NCBI GenBank assembly: GCA_027923505.1
Contig: BROI01000001.1
Span: 496,001 to 560,000 of the forward strand
Length of the DNA: 64,000 bases
DNA from: Mayamaea pseudoterrestris
Lineage: Eukaryota
Direction: 5' to 3'
Position numbers and translations under genes: made by a program. The notes beneath the pieces are model-generated. The model was not told the DNA's origin. It ran no database searches and saw nothing but the letters and a program-made list of their open reading frames with translations. The first letter of the stretch is position 1; each line of letters opens with the position of its first letter. Shown here piece by piece: positions 1 to 11,110 of this stretch.

Positions 1-1
1 A

Positions 2-85
2 AAGGATAGCTCCGAGTGCTGGTCACTGGATGATGTATTGGCCACATCAACGGAGGAACCAGTGAATGGAGCTGCCATTAGTTAA
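2..85 (+). CDS. possible 3' end of a CDS entering from the left edge
   Basis: Frame 2 is open from the window edge (KDSSECWSLDDVLATSTEEPVNGAAIS) to TAA at 83-85. It is too short to identify. Confidence 0.2.
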   Translation, partial: KDSSECWSLDDVLATSTEEPVNGAAIS

Positions 86-550
86 CAGTAAGTGGACATG
101 TGAGTTGAATTGCGAGGAAATAGCACACACAGCTGCCCGCCAGATAACCTGCACCTCAGTTTCATGTAAGGATCCGTCTGTTTTTATAGAAACTTTTGTG
201 TAGTCGCTGTGCAATATGAGCGCTGGTAAACTCGATTATAGCAAGCAGGCTACAGCAGCTTTTACTGTTGCATACCGCGAGCTGATTAGTGAGGATTGAA
301 GAGCTAGCTAATGTCGTTCCGGTGATGGATAGTCGTCATTACCTTTGCGACTTTTCCGATCACCATTCGAATGTTCAAATTCGACCATGGTCGCGCTCAT
401 AAAATTCAAAAGTCTCTCAATGCTTGCAGCATTTTGTGATTATACACAATCATCTAGGTTCAGGTCTCTCTAAATAGCAACTGGTTTCATAGGAGCCGTC
501 TGGGTTGAATTTCTGCATACAAGTGTGACGACGTGTGACGCCCCATCATC

Positions 551-2083
551 ATGTCACGTAACAATCAGCAGCACCATCACGGCGGCAGCAACAATAAGCG
601 TCGCGCAGCGGGTAATGCTAGCCATGCCCGTCGTTCGGATTACAATAATGAGGAGGAGGAAGACCAAGTCGATGACTTGGCTGTTGCAGCATCCTACGCC
701 ATGTCTGTAGCCGTAGCAGCTCCTGCCGTTCGTCCCGATGACGACAATGAGATTGACTTGATGGCAGGGAATGAAGCAGACGAGGGCGCGAATGCTACCG
801 ACAAGCTACACGAGAATGAAGCAGCAGCAGCAGCAGCAGCAGCAGCAACGACCTATCGACTGGATCCATCTCTCATTTACTATGATTCGGATGACTCGTC
901 GTCGTCCTCTGATGAATCGAACGACAAAGACGCAGACGCGAGTCTTGCCAAAATGCTGGAGGAATGCGACGACGACGAAGACGGTCACGACGACGGTCCA
1001 CCACGAACCACACACGAAATTACCGATCCAACTGCCGCGCTACTAGACAAACGATTGACTCTTGACGAGAAAGATGCACTTGGGCGAGTGCAGGAGCAAC
1101 TACAGGTCGAGCCGCCATTGTCAATGGCTCACAGCAACAAGCACTCGTCACGACAGCAGCAACAATCGCAGCAGCAACAATCGCAGCAGCAGCCACTTCA
1201 AGTGGCGGGGACGGTGCATCAGTACATTGTTTCGGATCAAATGCTGGTGGTGCAAAGTAGCTTGAATGGAGCCGTGTTGCAACCAGGAACGCTGCTCGTC
1301 ATGAGACTGCCCGACCGTGACGACGACTCTACTTTGAAAATCGTTGCGTGCGGCAAGATTTTGGACGTTTTTGGACCAGTTCGACAACCACTGTACAGTG
1401 TCCATGTTGGTATTACGGCAGTGGAAGCAAAGTTGATTGGAAACGACAAGCCGGTTGATGAGGTGACGGACGAGCAAACCGAAAGTCTCGGTGGAACGGA
1501 TGCTACATCAGTCGTTGGTGGAACGGATGCTGCAGCGAATGCTACTACAACGAAAACTACTACATCCAGCAAAGTCTTGATCAATCCTTGGTCTGCTAAT
1601 GGCATCTACACAAAGTATATTAACAACTTGAAACAACAACAGCAAGCTATTTCAGTCTACTATATTTCAGACTGCGCCAGCGTGCTTGATCCATCCACTC
1701 TGCCGCAAACCAAAGGCTGCGACGCTTCCAATGCCCACGACGAGGAAGTTTTGCATCCAACGGAAATGGATTACTCGGATGATGAGCAGGAGCAACAGGC
1801 GAAGAGAAGTAATCGGCGGGGTAGTGGGGGAAGGAATCAACCAATGACAAGTTCCATGCAGCAGCAGCAATATCCGACAAGAGCTTCTAGTGGATACGCA
1901 ACTGGCCGAGGGGTACAGCCACAAGGGTTTCACGGGTATCCAGTGCAGCAGCAAGCATCGCAGCAGCCCAACTTGGTCTCTGAGCAACTGCAACAGCAAC
2001 ATTCACTAGCAGTCAGTCCACCACCAACGAACACAGCTACCTTACCAGCACCCGATTCCGACGTTGTGTATTACAATTTTTGA
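551..2083 (+). CDS. NAF1: H/ACA RNP assembly factor NAF1 (Gar1/Naf1 domain)
   Basis: Acidic N-terminus, PRTTHEI motif, Gar1-type core GKILDVFGPVRQPLYSV, and the NAF1 signature KGCDASNAHDEEV...EMDYSDDEQE. Confidence 0.88.
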   Translation: MSRNNQQHHHGGSNNKRRAAGNASHARRSDYNNEEEEDQVDDLAVAASYAMSVAVAAPAVRPDDDNEIDLMAGNEADEGANATDKLHENEAAAAAAAAATTYRLDPSLIYYDSDDSSSSSDESNDKDADASLAKMLEECDDDEDGHDDGPPRTTHEITDPTAALLDKRLTLDEKDALGRVQEQLQVEPPLSMAHSNKHSSRQQQQSQQQQSQQQPLQVAGTVHQYIVSDQMLVVQSSLNGAVLQPGTLLVMRLPDRDDDSTLKIVACGKILDVFGPVRQPLYSVHVGITAVEAKLIGNDKPVDEVTDEQTESLGGTDATSVVGGTDAAANATTTKTTTSSKVLINPWSANGIYTKYINNLKQQQQAISVYYISDCASVLDPSTLPQTKGCDASNAHDEEVLHPTEMDYSDDEQEQQAKRSNRRGSGGRNQPMTSSMQQQQYPTRASSGYATGRGVQPQGFHGYPVQQQASQQPNLVSEQLQQQHSLAVSPPPTNTATLPAPDSDVVYYNF

Positions 2084-2099
2084 CGCGCTTGTTTACGCG

Positions 2100-4004
2100 T
2101 CAAGTCCACGGCAACCAGTTGGGATGCATAATGATTCCCAGTAAATTGTAGAGTAAACAGTATCCTAAAACTGCTTCGCCAATCCACCACTTTTGTTTGT
2201 AGTTGCCTTGGTCATTCGTCGCGGAAACGAGGACGGTCATGCACCAATACAGAGCTGGACAAGTGCTGCACAGTAGTCGTGTGGTAATTTGAACGTGGGC
2301 CACAAACAGCCCAAGCAAGGTGGCTGCGCATAGGACGGCGTAATGGCCGAGTAACTGATGGCTGCCGACAAGTACGTTCGCAGGTGACGAGTCGTCGAAA
2401 CCAGCGTTAGATGGTCCTAACATCCTCGACGTCTCGAATGCTATTAACGAGGATACCGCCCAATCGACGACTTGTCGAACAAAACCATGTCGAGGCAAGG
2501 CTGAGCCGTAGTGTCGCTGTGATTTCCGCCTTTTAAACCTCGTCCAGCTCATCTTGATCCAAGACGCAACACCAAATGTTGCAATCATAATGATGGGAGC
2601 AGCAAGAAGGAAATTCGGTAGCTGCTTTAAAGCAAAATATCGCAGGAAACCTACATTCCAGTACTTTCGTTGGACGTGCGTATACAAATCAAATGGCCAA
2701 GCAATAACCGATCCTCTTACCTCCATTGCATGGGAACACCAATCTGGTCGTTCAGGTGCAGCCTCCTCGAGAGGAGAAACATTAAAAAGCAGCTGGCCCA
2801 ACAATGGGTGAACATTCCCAATATTTGTGTTGACGAAACAATGATTCGCAGTTCCACGTAAATTGTGCATCTGCAGCGTCAATCGGAGGCACAGCAACAA
2901 GAACAGAATTCCTTTGAATACCAGCCAGGTGCTCCTTCTTCGTAATGCAGCTCCCATGTCCACAAGAAACATGTATCCAAAGTACAAAACCCCGTTGCTG
3001 CGAATGCAGGCGGCAAAGAACCAACACGTTCTGGCCAAAAGCAGCACGGCGGCATGGGCCTGCAGCAAGTGCGCGGCTGAACCCCAAAAGACAAACGCAC
3101 AAAACAAGGATTCCGAATATGCCGCCGAAAAGAAAACGTTGGCTGGATTGATGATGAAAAGCAGTGTCGTTCGCGTCGCCCAGTGAATGGCTTCAGTCTT
3201 GTCAAGGTGACATGAGCTGTCCCCATCCACCTTTTTGTGGTATGATTGCTCATGCGACTCGAGTAATTCCAGCGTTATTTGAAAGAGGCTTTTAGTCGCA
3301 AACAGAAAGCAGATTGTGTTTACTATCAGTGCAGCCAGCGTCAGTGTTTGTTCACAGGTTGCTGGCAAAATGGCATCCGGCAAGAGTAGCATTAGCACCG
3401 CAGTCACTGCTTCAATCACGGCCGGATAGAATGGTAGAAACGCATGAGCTTGTTCCGACTCGATCCACTTGTCGTTACTGTTTATTGTTTCATCGGAGGT
3501 ATCCAGTCGCGGATGATACAACTGCGGCCAATGCGCCAATCGCAAAAACCGAGCAGCGTCCCAACGTGTCAAGGGTACAAGCAGAAGCGGATATATATGA
3601 CGCTGCAGCAGATTGCGGCTCTGTGCATTCCGATTCAAAGGCAGATAGCATTTTTCAGTATTAGTTTCGTTCCATGAGCAGTGCGCTCCTCGATATAATT
3701 TGCATTGGCAGTAGGAACCTCTCGTTGCAAAGCAGTCACTGTCGACGCGAAGGTCAAAGGCTACCACTGACTCGTCGCTATGAAAATCAGGTAGAATGAT
3801 AGAGGATGTGCCCATTGCCAGTATAAAAAATATTCTCACTATCAAAGCTCGAAAGACAAGCCGCCGAGTGACAAGTTTTATTGTAGACTGAGGTACGATT
3901 TGATCCATTGACGACGAGTCGTCGGCAATCGTGTCGGGTATGTTGCATATCGAGTCGGCTTGCCGCCAAAATAAGCGCACAAGACTCCATTTCGATTCTT
4001 TCAT
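2100..4004 (-). CDS. PIGV: GPI mannosyltransferase 2 (PIG-V/Gpi18)
   Basis: Multi-pass hydrophobic protein with LTRWDAARFL, AFLPFYP, INPANVFFSAAYSESLF, RSNG, YTHVQRKYWNVGFLRYF, QLPNFLLAAP, HVQITTRLLCS and the C-terminus NWLPWT. Confidence 0.93.
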   Translation of the reverse strand: MKESKWSLVRLFWRQADSICNIPDTIADDSSSMDQIVPQSTIKLVTRRLVFRALIVRIFFILAMGTSSIILPDFHSDESVVAFDLRVDSDCFATRGSYCQCKLYRGAHCSWNETNTEKCYLPLNRNAQSRNLLQRHIYPLLLVPLTRWDAARFLRLAHWPQLYHPRLDTSDETINSNDKWIESEQAHAFLPFYPAVIEAVTAVLMLLLPDAILPATCEQTLTLAALIVNTICFLFATKSLFQITLELLESHEQSYHKKVDGDSSCHLDKTEAIHWATRTTLLFIINPANVFFSAAYSESLFCAFVFWGSAAHLLQAHAAVLLLARTCWFFAACIRSNGVLYFGYMFLVDMGAALRRRSTWLVFKGILFLLLCLRLTLQMHNLRGTANHCFVNTNIGNVHPLLGQLLFNVSPLEEAAPERPDWCSHAMEVRGSVIAWPFDLYTHVQRKYWNVGFLRYFALKQLPNFLLAAPIIMIATFGVASWIKMSWTRFKRRKSQRHYGSALPRHGFVRQVVDWAVSSLIAFETSRMLGPSNAGFDDSSPANVLVGSHQLLGHYAVLCAATLLGLFVAHVQITTRLLCSTCPALYWCMTVLVSATNDQGNYKQKWWIGEAVLGYCLLYNLLGIIMHPNWLPWT

Positions 4005-4259
4005 TTCCCTACTGATTGTTAAACATACATGATCCCGGCGTCGAATGAAGAGTCAGCGGCGCGGCAGCAATTCCTTTCCATGGCAAAATCGTGCCGACGG
4101 CCAGAATTCAACGAAAACGTCAGAAATGTCACACTACCACACAAGTCCAAAACGTCTTCAGCGTCGGATAAAAGCAATGCATGACGTCATCAGTAACGTC
4201 GCATCGCTAAAAAAATCACGCGACCCATCCACCCTCCACAAAGCAAACAATCATGCACC

Positions 4260-7200
4260 ATGGCGCCGTCGTCCTCTAACGGTACTAGCGAAACCACGGA
4301 CATTGTCGCGCTAGTCAACTGGCTGCAGACATTTTCTTCCTTTACTCATCGGATTGTGAATGGACATGATGGAGAGATTGCCTTGGAGACAGTCTTGGAT
4401 GCGCTCGGATCGCAGGCAGTCGCAAGGTATGTGAATGGCAAACAAATTACAAATTATACTGAAAGCTACATGACAAATCAGATACTCACTCCGCTAATCT
4501 ATTCATGCTTTAGATCCATATTAAAGATAGCCGATGAAGTTTGCAGCGCGCCGACCGACGACAATCACGCGCCATCTGAGAAACAATCGGCCGATGAAAT
4601 TTGGACGTCTCTTTTGATTATGACGTCGACACGAGCTCGTCCGCTCGTTGAGAGCCCCGTTACGGATAGAAAGCAAATGTCTCCGACGCGGCTCAAAATT
4701 TATGTCATGTCGAATCTACTGGATTGCGCCGTGCAGTGCCAAGACTTGCAGCGGCGACGCCTTTACATTGAAGCCATCATGAGCCTCCCCAAGCCGGTAC
4801 AACAATTGCTCATGTCTTTTATTGAGAAGCGGACTAGAACGCCAATAATGAATAGGACGCCATCCCGAAGCAGCAACGGCAGTGGTTCCAAAGTCAGCAG
4901 CAACAGTGGCGGTGCTGGCAGTGACTCCAAGCGTCGACCTTCTTCAGAAACGAAAGCAGAGGTACGCACACCGTCGCAGCAATCCACTCCTCCTCGCAAC
5001 GCATCAAACAATCGTTTGATTGCTCCCAATGCCTACAATACGCCTCCGCGATCATCTCGCGCTCGACCAAACTCGTCTCCGAGCGGATACACTCCAGCTT
5101 CCACTCGTCCGCGGACTGCAAATAATGATGGCAGCATGCTGACACCAGGCACTTTGGACTCGCCCAATGCCATTCAAACCATATTCAGCGACTTGCAGTC
5201 ACGCAACGAAAAGCTCCAAAAGGTTGTGGAAACTTACAAGAAGCGTGAGTCGGACCTTCAAACCAATCTTGATACCATTCACGGCGACTACCGCAAGCAA
5301 ATGCTACAACTCGAGCATGGCCAGCGCGACGAACTGCAAGGACTCGAAGCGGAATACGAGGAGCGCATCCGCACCATGACGTCAGATTTGCAACGCTATC
5401 AAAACTTGGCCGAGCAAGGCGAGCGCGCCATGAAGGAACTTGCCACTGCGCGCGACGAGGTGGACGTTTTGCAGCACAGCGCCGCCGCGTTGAAGGAGAC
5501 GCAGGAAAAGCTTCGCCGCTACAAGGAAAAGTATGCCGAGCTGCAGGATATTCGCGATGCCTACAAGAATGAGCAGGACCGACATGCGCTGTCAATTGAA
5601 GAGTGTATTCGTTTAAGCAATGAGCTGGAGCAGCTCAAGGGTTTGAAGCGCCAATTGGAGGAGTACAAGACTCGAGCTCTTCAAGCAGAATGCAAGCTCA
5701 TCGAATGCCAGGACTATCTGCAACAACTAGAGACGCAGACCAATCAGCAATCAACAACGAATGAAATTTTGTTGAAGGGTGCCGCCATGCAGCAGGAGCA
5801 GCTGGAAGAAATGCGTCGACGAATGGAACAAGAAGCGGCTGAACTAGAGGCACACGGGCCAGGTGTTGGAGAAGCTATCAACGAGTTCAATTCAGAAGTT
5901 GCCGGTGAATTAAAACGTCTTCGCAACGAAAATGTACAGCTAAAAGCTTTTGCGTCCAAGCGTGAAAATGATGCGGTCGCTCGATTGGAGCAAGCGCTCG
6001 ACGACGCCAAAGGCATGGCCGAGCAGTACAAGCATGAATTCTTGAATGCTAACCGAAACCTTACGAGTACGCAAGTCAAGCTTAGCGAGAGCGTTGCTCG
6101 TGAGAACATGCTGCAGGACGAAATTCAGCTAGTCAAGCAACGCCTTGATGAGATTGAGCACAGTAAGCGGCTTGTTCAGGAGCGACTAGATCGATGCGAA
6201 CTACGACTGGCTACAACAACGGAGCAGCTGCAAGATGCTGAGAAGCGTCTTGCCGATACAAAAGATGAACTTGAACAGTGGCAGCAGCGGACGCGAAAAG
6301 TGGAGCAAGAGTCAGCAGAGCATTTGAGAAAGTGGCAATCGGCGCAGCGGGAACTCTCCGAGACACTACGCGAATTAGAAGGAACTGGACAGATGGTTTT
6401 GGAGCTACAGGAGCGCCTTTCGTACCAAGAAGAGCAAGCCGAGCTTATGGAACGCAACGAAGCAAACCTTCGGCAGTCGATTCGCGAGAAGGAATCTACG
6501 ATTGCTGACATGCAGCGCCAGTATGATGACAAGGACAAGTCGCTTGCGGATGCCTGCCGTAGAATTGAGGAGATTCGCGGCCAGCTAGACCGTGCCAACG
6601 ATACTGTCGAGAAGGCCAAGGCGGACAATGCAAAACTATCAAGTCAGCTTGAAAATGAGCGTCAGGCCCGCTATGACGCCGAAGAGGAGGCACACACGAC
6701 ATTGGAAGAAACACGCAAGCTACTTGAACAAAAGCACAAGAGAGAGATAAACGAGATGATTGGGAATATGAACTGCCAACTCGATGACGAGCGTCGCGAA
6801 AGTCGACGAAAAGATGATGACCATAACAAGCGGATGAAAGACTTGGACGAAAACTGGAGAATGCAATATGAGGAACTTGAAAAGCGGCTAACCGACGCAA
6901 TCAAACAGACGCGACAAGAAATGCAGCAGCGTGTCGATCAACTCAAGCAGGAGCACGAGGCCGAGCTCCAGAAGTGCCAAGCTGAAGCAGATGCATCCCA
7001 GCAGAGCATAATTGACAAAGGGAATTCAATGCTGCAAGCGGCACAGACACAGGCAGAACAGGCGAATCAGTTGCATCAAGAGCAGATTCAAGCCGTCGAG
7101 CAAGAGAAGGAGGAACTTGAAGCTATTCTCCGTCAAAAGATCAACTCATTGAAGGGAAATCTCATCGAAACGACCGATCAAGTCATCTCTTTCAAGCGGG

Positions 7201-8402
7201 AACATGACAATGCCCAAACGCAATTGAGAAACATAGAGCGCGAAAAACAGCAACTACGAGATGACAATGATCGTTACAAGCGTCAACTTGGTGGTCATTT
7301 TGGTACCGACGGCTCTATCCAGGCCCAGTTGGAAAAGCTTCAACTGGAGTATACAGCTGTCGTACAAGAAAATCGCAACCTGAAACAAAGAGCACGTGAT
7401 GAAGGAATTACGGGAGTCGCCATCAACCCAAAATCAGACTCCCCAGATGTTTACCATCGCGGAAAGCGCAATGAATCTTTTCTGCAACAGATGCGTCGAG
7501 ACTACGATGAGCAGATTGATTCTTTGAATGACGAGAAACGTAATCTCGTTATGGAAAAAGCTGCTGCGGCGGTCAATGCCAATAGAGCCGAACAACTAGC
7601 TTGGGAGAAACAACAAGAAGTGGAACGACTTAAAAGAGAGCTGTATGAAGTCAAGATTGCCATTGCTCGAAACAAACGAACGGATCATTCAGTTGACTCG
7701 TCGTTGGGTCCTACTGAAAATTATGCACCAATCGAGGATGCTTCGTTTCTCAGTGACAAGAACACTTCGTTCCACACGGCTCACTCGGGCAACACACCAA
7801 CTCAGTCAAAAACACCGGAACGTCCTCGTCTTCGAACACCCAATCATTCGCCGTCCATCGAAGTGGCGCTCAAGCATCGCGAAAGCCAAGAAAAGAAGCT
7901 GCGGTCACGCATATCCATGCTTACTCAAAGTACTCCTCCGCCTGCCTCGCCTCCGCCCCGTATGACTCCTCCGCATCGTGCTAATGGCTACCCTGCCCGA
8001 TCAATCAGCGGTCAACGATACAAGGTTGGCGTATCTTTGCTCGATTCTGAGCTGAATGCTGCAAACAACCAGCAAAACAAAAACGTGCTGAGTCCTACCA
8101 ATAAGCATGTCAACCAGCAGCGTCCCTCACAGCCGTACCCTGACCCTTTCGGTCTGGGGAGTAGTAAAGTTGCTTCTGCTTCATGGCAAGATAGCTCTCG
8201 CAATAAAAATGTCACAAACCGCAATGTCAGTCAACAACGATCCGTGTACGATTACCCAGATCTTCTCGGCCTTGGATCTACCGGTAGTAGCATAGCTCCA
8301 GCAAGTGCACACGACAATGAATCTAATTACTCGGACATGGGGCGCTGGGACTTAGATCGGGATGTGAAGGCCGCCGAAAAACCAAAAAATTGTCAGATTT
8401 AG
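4260..8402 (+). CDS. HOOK-like long coiled-coil protein
   Basis: N-terminal ALVNWLQTF and LLDCAVQC...YIEAIMSLPKPVQQLLMSFIE resemble the HOOK N-terminal domain, followed by ARDEVDVL and ~800 aa of heptads. A stop-free 87-nt intron is predicted at 4427-4513 (GTATGT...CTAAT...TTTAG). Confidence 0.65.
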   Translation: MAPSSSNGTSETTDIVALVNWLQTFSSFTHRIVNGHDGEIALETVLDALGSQAVARYVNGKQITNYTESYMTNQILTPLIYSCFRSILKIADEVCSAPTDDNHAPSEKQSADEIWTSLLIMTSTRARPLVESPVTDRKQMSPTRLKIYVMSNLLDCAVQCQDLQRRRLYIEAIMSLPKPVQQLLMSFIEKRTRTPIMNRTPSRSSNGSGSKVSSNSGGAGSDSKRRPSSETKAEVRTPSQQSTPPRNASNNRLIAPNAYNTPPRSSRARPNSSPSGYTPASTRPRTANNDGSMLTPGTLDSPNAIQTIFSDLQSRNEKLQKVVETYKKRESDLQTNLDTIHGDYRKQMLQLEHGQRDELQGLEAEYEERIRTMTSDLQRYQNLAEQGERAMKELATARDEVDVLQHSAAALKETQEKLRRYKEKYAELQDIRDAYKNEQDRHALSIEECIRLSNELEQLKGLKRQLEEYKTRALQAECKLIECQDYLQQLETQTNQQSTTNEILLKGAAMQQEQLEEMRRRMEQEAAELEAHGPGVGEAINEFNSEVAGELKRLRNENVQLKAFASKRENDAVARLEQALDDAKGMAEQYKHEFLNANRNLTSTQVKLSESVARENMLQDEIQLVKQRLDEIEHSKRLVQERLDRCELRLATTTEQLQDAEKRLADTKDELEQWQQRTRKVEQESAEHLRKWQSAQRELSETLRELEGTGQMVLELQERLSYQEEQAELMERNEANLRQSIREKESTIADMQRQYDDKDKSLADACRRIEEIRGQLDRANDTVEKAKADNAKLSSQLENERQARYDAEEEAHTTLEETRKLLEQKHKREINEMIGNMNCQLDDERRESRRKDDDHNKRMKDLDENWRMQYEELEKRLTDAIKQTRQEMQQRVDQLKQEHEAELQKCQAEADASQQSIIDKGNSMLQAAQTQAEQANQLHQEQIQAVEQEKEELEAILRQKINSLKGNLIETTDQVISFKREHDNAQTQLRNIEREKQQLRDDNDRYKRQLGGHFGTDGSIQAQLEKLQLEYTAVVQENRNLKQRARDEGITGVAINPKSDSPDVYHRGKRNESFLQQMRRDYDEQIDSLNDEKRNLVMEKAAAAVNANRAEQLAWEKQQEVERLKRELYEVKIAIARNKRTDHSVDSSLGPTENYAPIEDASFLSDKNTSFHTAHSGNTPTQSKTPERPRLRTPNHSPSIEVALKHRESQEKKLRSRISMLTQSTPPPASPPPRMTPPHRANGYPARSISGQRYKVGVSLLDSELNAANNQQNKNVLSPTNKHVNQQRPSQPYPDPFGLGSSKVASASWQDSSRNKNVTNRNVSQQRSVYDYPDLLGLGSTGSSIAPASAHDNESNYSDMGRWDLDRDVKAAEKPKNCQI

Positions 8403-8542
8403 TCATCACAGCGCAAAACGCCGTAAGATATAGTCATTTATTATGATTAAATACGAATTACCAATTTATATTATGCTTGCTACCCCAAGCGCATTGCCCA
8501 TTTCTTCGAGTCTAAGCGGTTATTACGAGCTGGTGTGTTTCA

Positions 8543-10075
8543 TTAATCATATTCAAGCTCCAGTCCAACTCGACATGGGTTGGTAAATTGCGGTCGCCAC
8601 TCGTAGACAGCCATGCCAAGTCCATCTGTTGTATAGCATGCTTTTACTGTCTCTTGCCAAAAGAAAAATACTGGTCGGCCATCTGCATCAAGCTTCGGCT
8701 TGTAACCATCTTGTACCACCACTTGCTCGTATAGGCGTTTACGAACGGCTGCTATTTCTTCGTCCTGTGGAGAGGGACCAGCATACGGCACCGTCGCCAC
8801 TCTTCGCTCCGGTACATATACATATGTTGATTGCGGCATGGCCTCTTGCATCATTTCCGGATCTGGCCCCGGCAAGAGCAAGTTCATATTTGCAGCTAAG
8901 GTCTCCACTGCAACAGGTATAAGCCAGGAGATGACTCGGTTGGTCTGTTGCTTGCTATTGGAAATACTTATTTGGATGGGACTGCATGGCGTGTAGTCTT
9001 GCTTTTGTGGTCCCATTGTTTTTATGGCTGTTGCAAATGCATGATTGGGAATCGTTGACGCCGTACCGTCGTTGCGGTCCCAAAGATCATCCAGCGAGGC
9101 TTGCACATACCATCGTGGCGGCAAGTCTAGCAGTTCATAGGATTTCGGCAAGAAGGATGACTTTCGCGACGAGGATGGCAGTTTCGGCGACAGTTCACAG
9201 ACTGGTGTCATGCCAATGTGGTAAACGTCCCAGAATCGAGGCAGCCACTGCGATGTCATGGACGCGAGCAGGTCCGAGTCGTCGAGCATATCAGTTTGCT
9301 TTGTGATTATCATTCTTTTCTCAGTTTCGTTGCCATTGCCTTTGACGATGAATCGACTTGATCCAGTTAGCAAGATGCGAGGCTCCCAGAAAATGGGCCA
9401 AAGAAGGGAAATCTCCCATCGCAGTTCATACTTGAATGTTCCAGCAGCAGCACCTGGAATGGCTCGACCTCCAGTCACTGCAACATGAATCTGCCGATAA
9501 AATTCTTTAGCAGCTTGTAGTTCCTGTAACGGCTGATGATTGGATTTAGTCTTGATCAATGGCGTCTCCCAGACGAGGTTCAACGCATATGCAAAGGAAG
9601 TTGAAGACGCAGAAGCAGAAGCTGACATTACTCCATTTATCGCTTCCTGTAATAGTTTAGCAAATGCTGCAGTCGCCTCCGAGTCAAAGGCCTTGCTCGC
9701 TGTTATGGAGAACCTATCCAATGTTCCACTCGCTTCCAATTCCTCGCCTGCCTTTGCCTCGGCCACTGGATCGTAGAATTCCTGCTTCTCGGTGCTTCCT
9801 CCAAAGAATTCGGCGCCTCCAATGCCTGCTGGAGCATCAAGGTCTTCTAAGAGATCCCCACTGACGCTTGCTGATTCGGTTTCGACGTCGGGTGGACTGT
9901 TCGACGCAAGTAGAATGACGTGTTGCCAATGTTCACGCCGATACTGATGTGACTCCCTAGCGCTGGGTTGACACCGTCGTCGAAGCGGTGAAACGGAAGC
10001 AACCCAAGCTTCACTTGCTAACACCAATAGAGCCAAGCATATAGCCAAGCATATAGCTGTCATTAGTTGCGTCAT
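8543..10075 (-). CDS. plastid-targeted protein, possibly DUF2358/SnoaL-like plus SOUL-like domain
   Basis: Hydrophobic signal peptide ending SEA-W, then an S/R-rich transit-like segment. LRWEISLLWPIFWEPRILLTGSSRF is DUF2358-like, and RRVATVPYAG...VRKRLYEQV resembles SOUL heme-binding proteins. The domain calls are tentative. Confidence 0.5.
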   Translation of the reverse strand: MTQLMTAICLAICLALLVLASEAWVASVSPLRRRCQPSARESHQYRREHWQHVILLASNSPPDVETESASVSGDLLEDLDAPAGIGGAEFFGGSTEKQEFYDPVAEAKAGEELEASGTLDRFSITASKAFDSEATAAFAKLLQEAINGVMSASASASSTSFAYALNLVWETPLIKTKSNHQPLQELQAAKEFYRQIHVAVTGGRAIPGAAAGTFKYELRWEISLLWPIFWEPRILLTGSSRFIVKGNGNETEKRMIITKQTDMLDDSDLLASMTSQWLPRFWDVYHIGMTPVCELSPKLPSSSRKSSFLPKSYELLDLPPRWYVQASLDDLWDRNDGTASTIPNHAFATAIKTMGPQKQDYTPCSPIQISISNSKQQTNRVISWLIPVAVETLAANMNLLLPGPDPEMMQEAMPQSTYVYVPERRVATVPYAGPSPQDEEIAAVRKRLYEQVVVQDGYKPKLDADGRPVFFFWQETVKACYTTDGLGMAVYEWRPQFTNPCRVGLELEYD

Positions 10076-10636
10076 GTTCGCTCAAGTATGACAAGCTTTC
10101 CTTGTATCTGGAATGCGATTGAAGTGATGGGCGAACGACGGAACGAAGCAAACGAGCGGTGATTTGACGGGTTCCGGTGAGACAGAATCCTAAACCACTA
10201 CGACTGCAATGAGCTATGCATTCCCAGCCAAGTTAAAGTCAACGACCATGGCGCACAAATGCCATATCCATGCCAGATACAATTATTTCAAGCGAAAGAA
10301 TGATGGTTGGATCTTGTTGTGTTTTGCAATGTCATTCATACTTCGCCGCGTCGCATCAGCTGTGGACTAAGCTCCCATGCCGATGTAGTAATTGATCGTC
10401 GCGACAGTGTATAAGCTTGCTCCTACTTTCTTATTACTTTTTAAACGACATCTAAAAGGTTGTACAGTACAAACAACTGTTCCGGTAACTTGGTTGACAA
10501 ATCGAAGAATGCTGCGATGCCAAGTCAGAGATCCCAAGATTCTGTTGTACCCGTTCTTCGATAACAGTCACTGGTGATCACACGGAAATATGCTACCGGT
10601 TCTGTGCAAAGCCTTTGGAGTCCACTCACAGTCGGT

Positions 10637-11110
10637 TCACATTTCAAGCAGAAACGGCATGATTTCCTCGTCCTGTTCGTTGGCACTCGCACATTTCGTC
10701 AATGACGTTTCAAAGCAATATAGTGAACGCATACTACCATTTCTGCAATCATCGTTTCTTGTTCGAAAGACATTTTGTAGACTCATACTGTTAGCCCGCC
10801 GGCAGAAACAGTCCCGCGTGGTGCACTGGCTTTTCCGAATGCCGTGGACAATGCGCTGAAACATGGCATAGTCGCGATGATCAGCCAGTAGTTCTTCTTC
10901 GTCAAGCTTACTTTCCGATATGGTTCGTCCATTATCAGCACTAATTGGAATGTTTTCGGACCGACGCAACGTCGAAGCTTGCACTGATGATCCGCACTTA
11001 TCGCAGCAAGAATTTTCCTTCTTTGGTTCGACGGAATTGCGCAATGGCCTCGTTTGGCCTGGAACAGATACCGACGCGCCAGCAACATGATGCATGATTG
11101 TATATGCCAT
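10637..11110 (-). CDS. small hypothetical protein (diatom-type)
   Basis: 157-aa ATG ORF with EEELLADHRDYAMFQRIVHGI and an acidic/hydrophobic tail (EQDEEIMPFLLEM), a pattern recalled from diatom hypothetical proteins. Confidence 0.55.
   Translation of the reverse strand: MAYTIMHHVAGASVSVPGQTRPLRNSVEPKKENSCCDKCGSSVQASTLRRSENIPISADNGRTISESKLDEEELLADHRDYAMFQRIVHGIRKSQCTTRDCFCRRANSMSLQNVFRTRNDDCRNGSMRSLYCFETSLTKCASANEQDEEIMPFLLEM

Noticed and set aside
366..385. Heat-shock-element-like GAAtgTTC upstream of NAF1
   Set aside because: Only two correctly phased nGAAn units, which is expected by chance.
820..850. GCA/CAG triplet runs (also ~12215, ~26770, ~46375)
   Set aside because: Ordinary poly-Ala/poly-Gln coding tracts.
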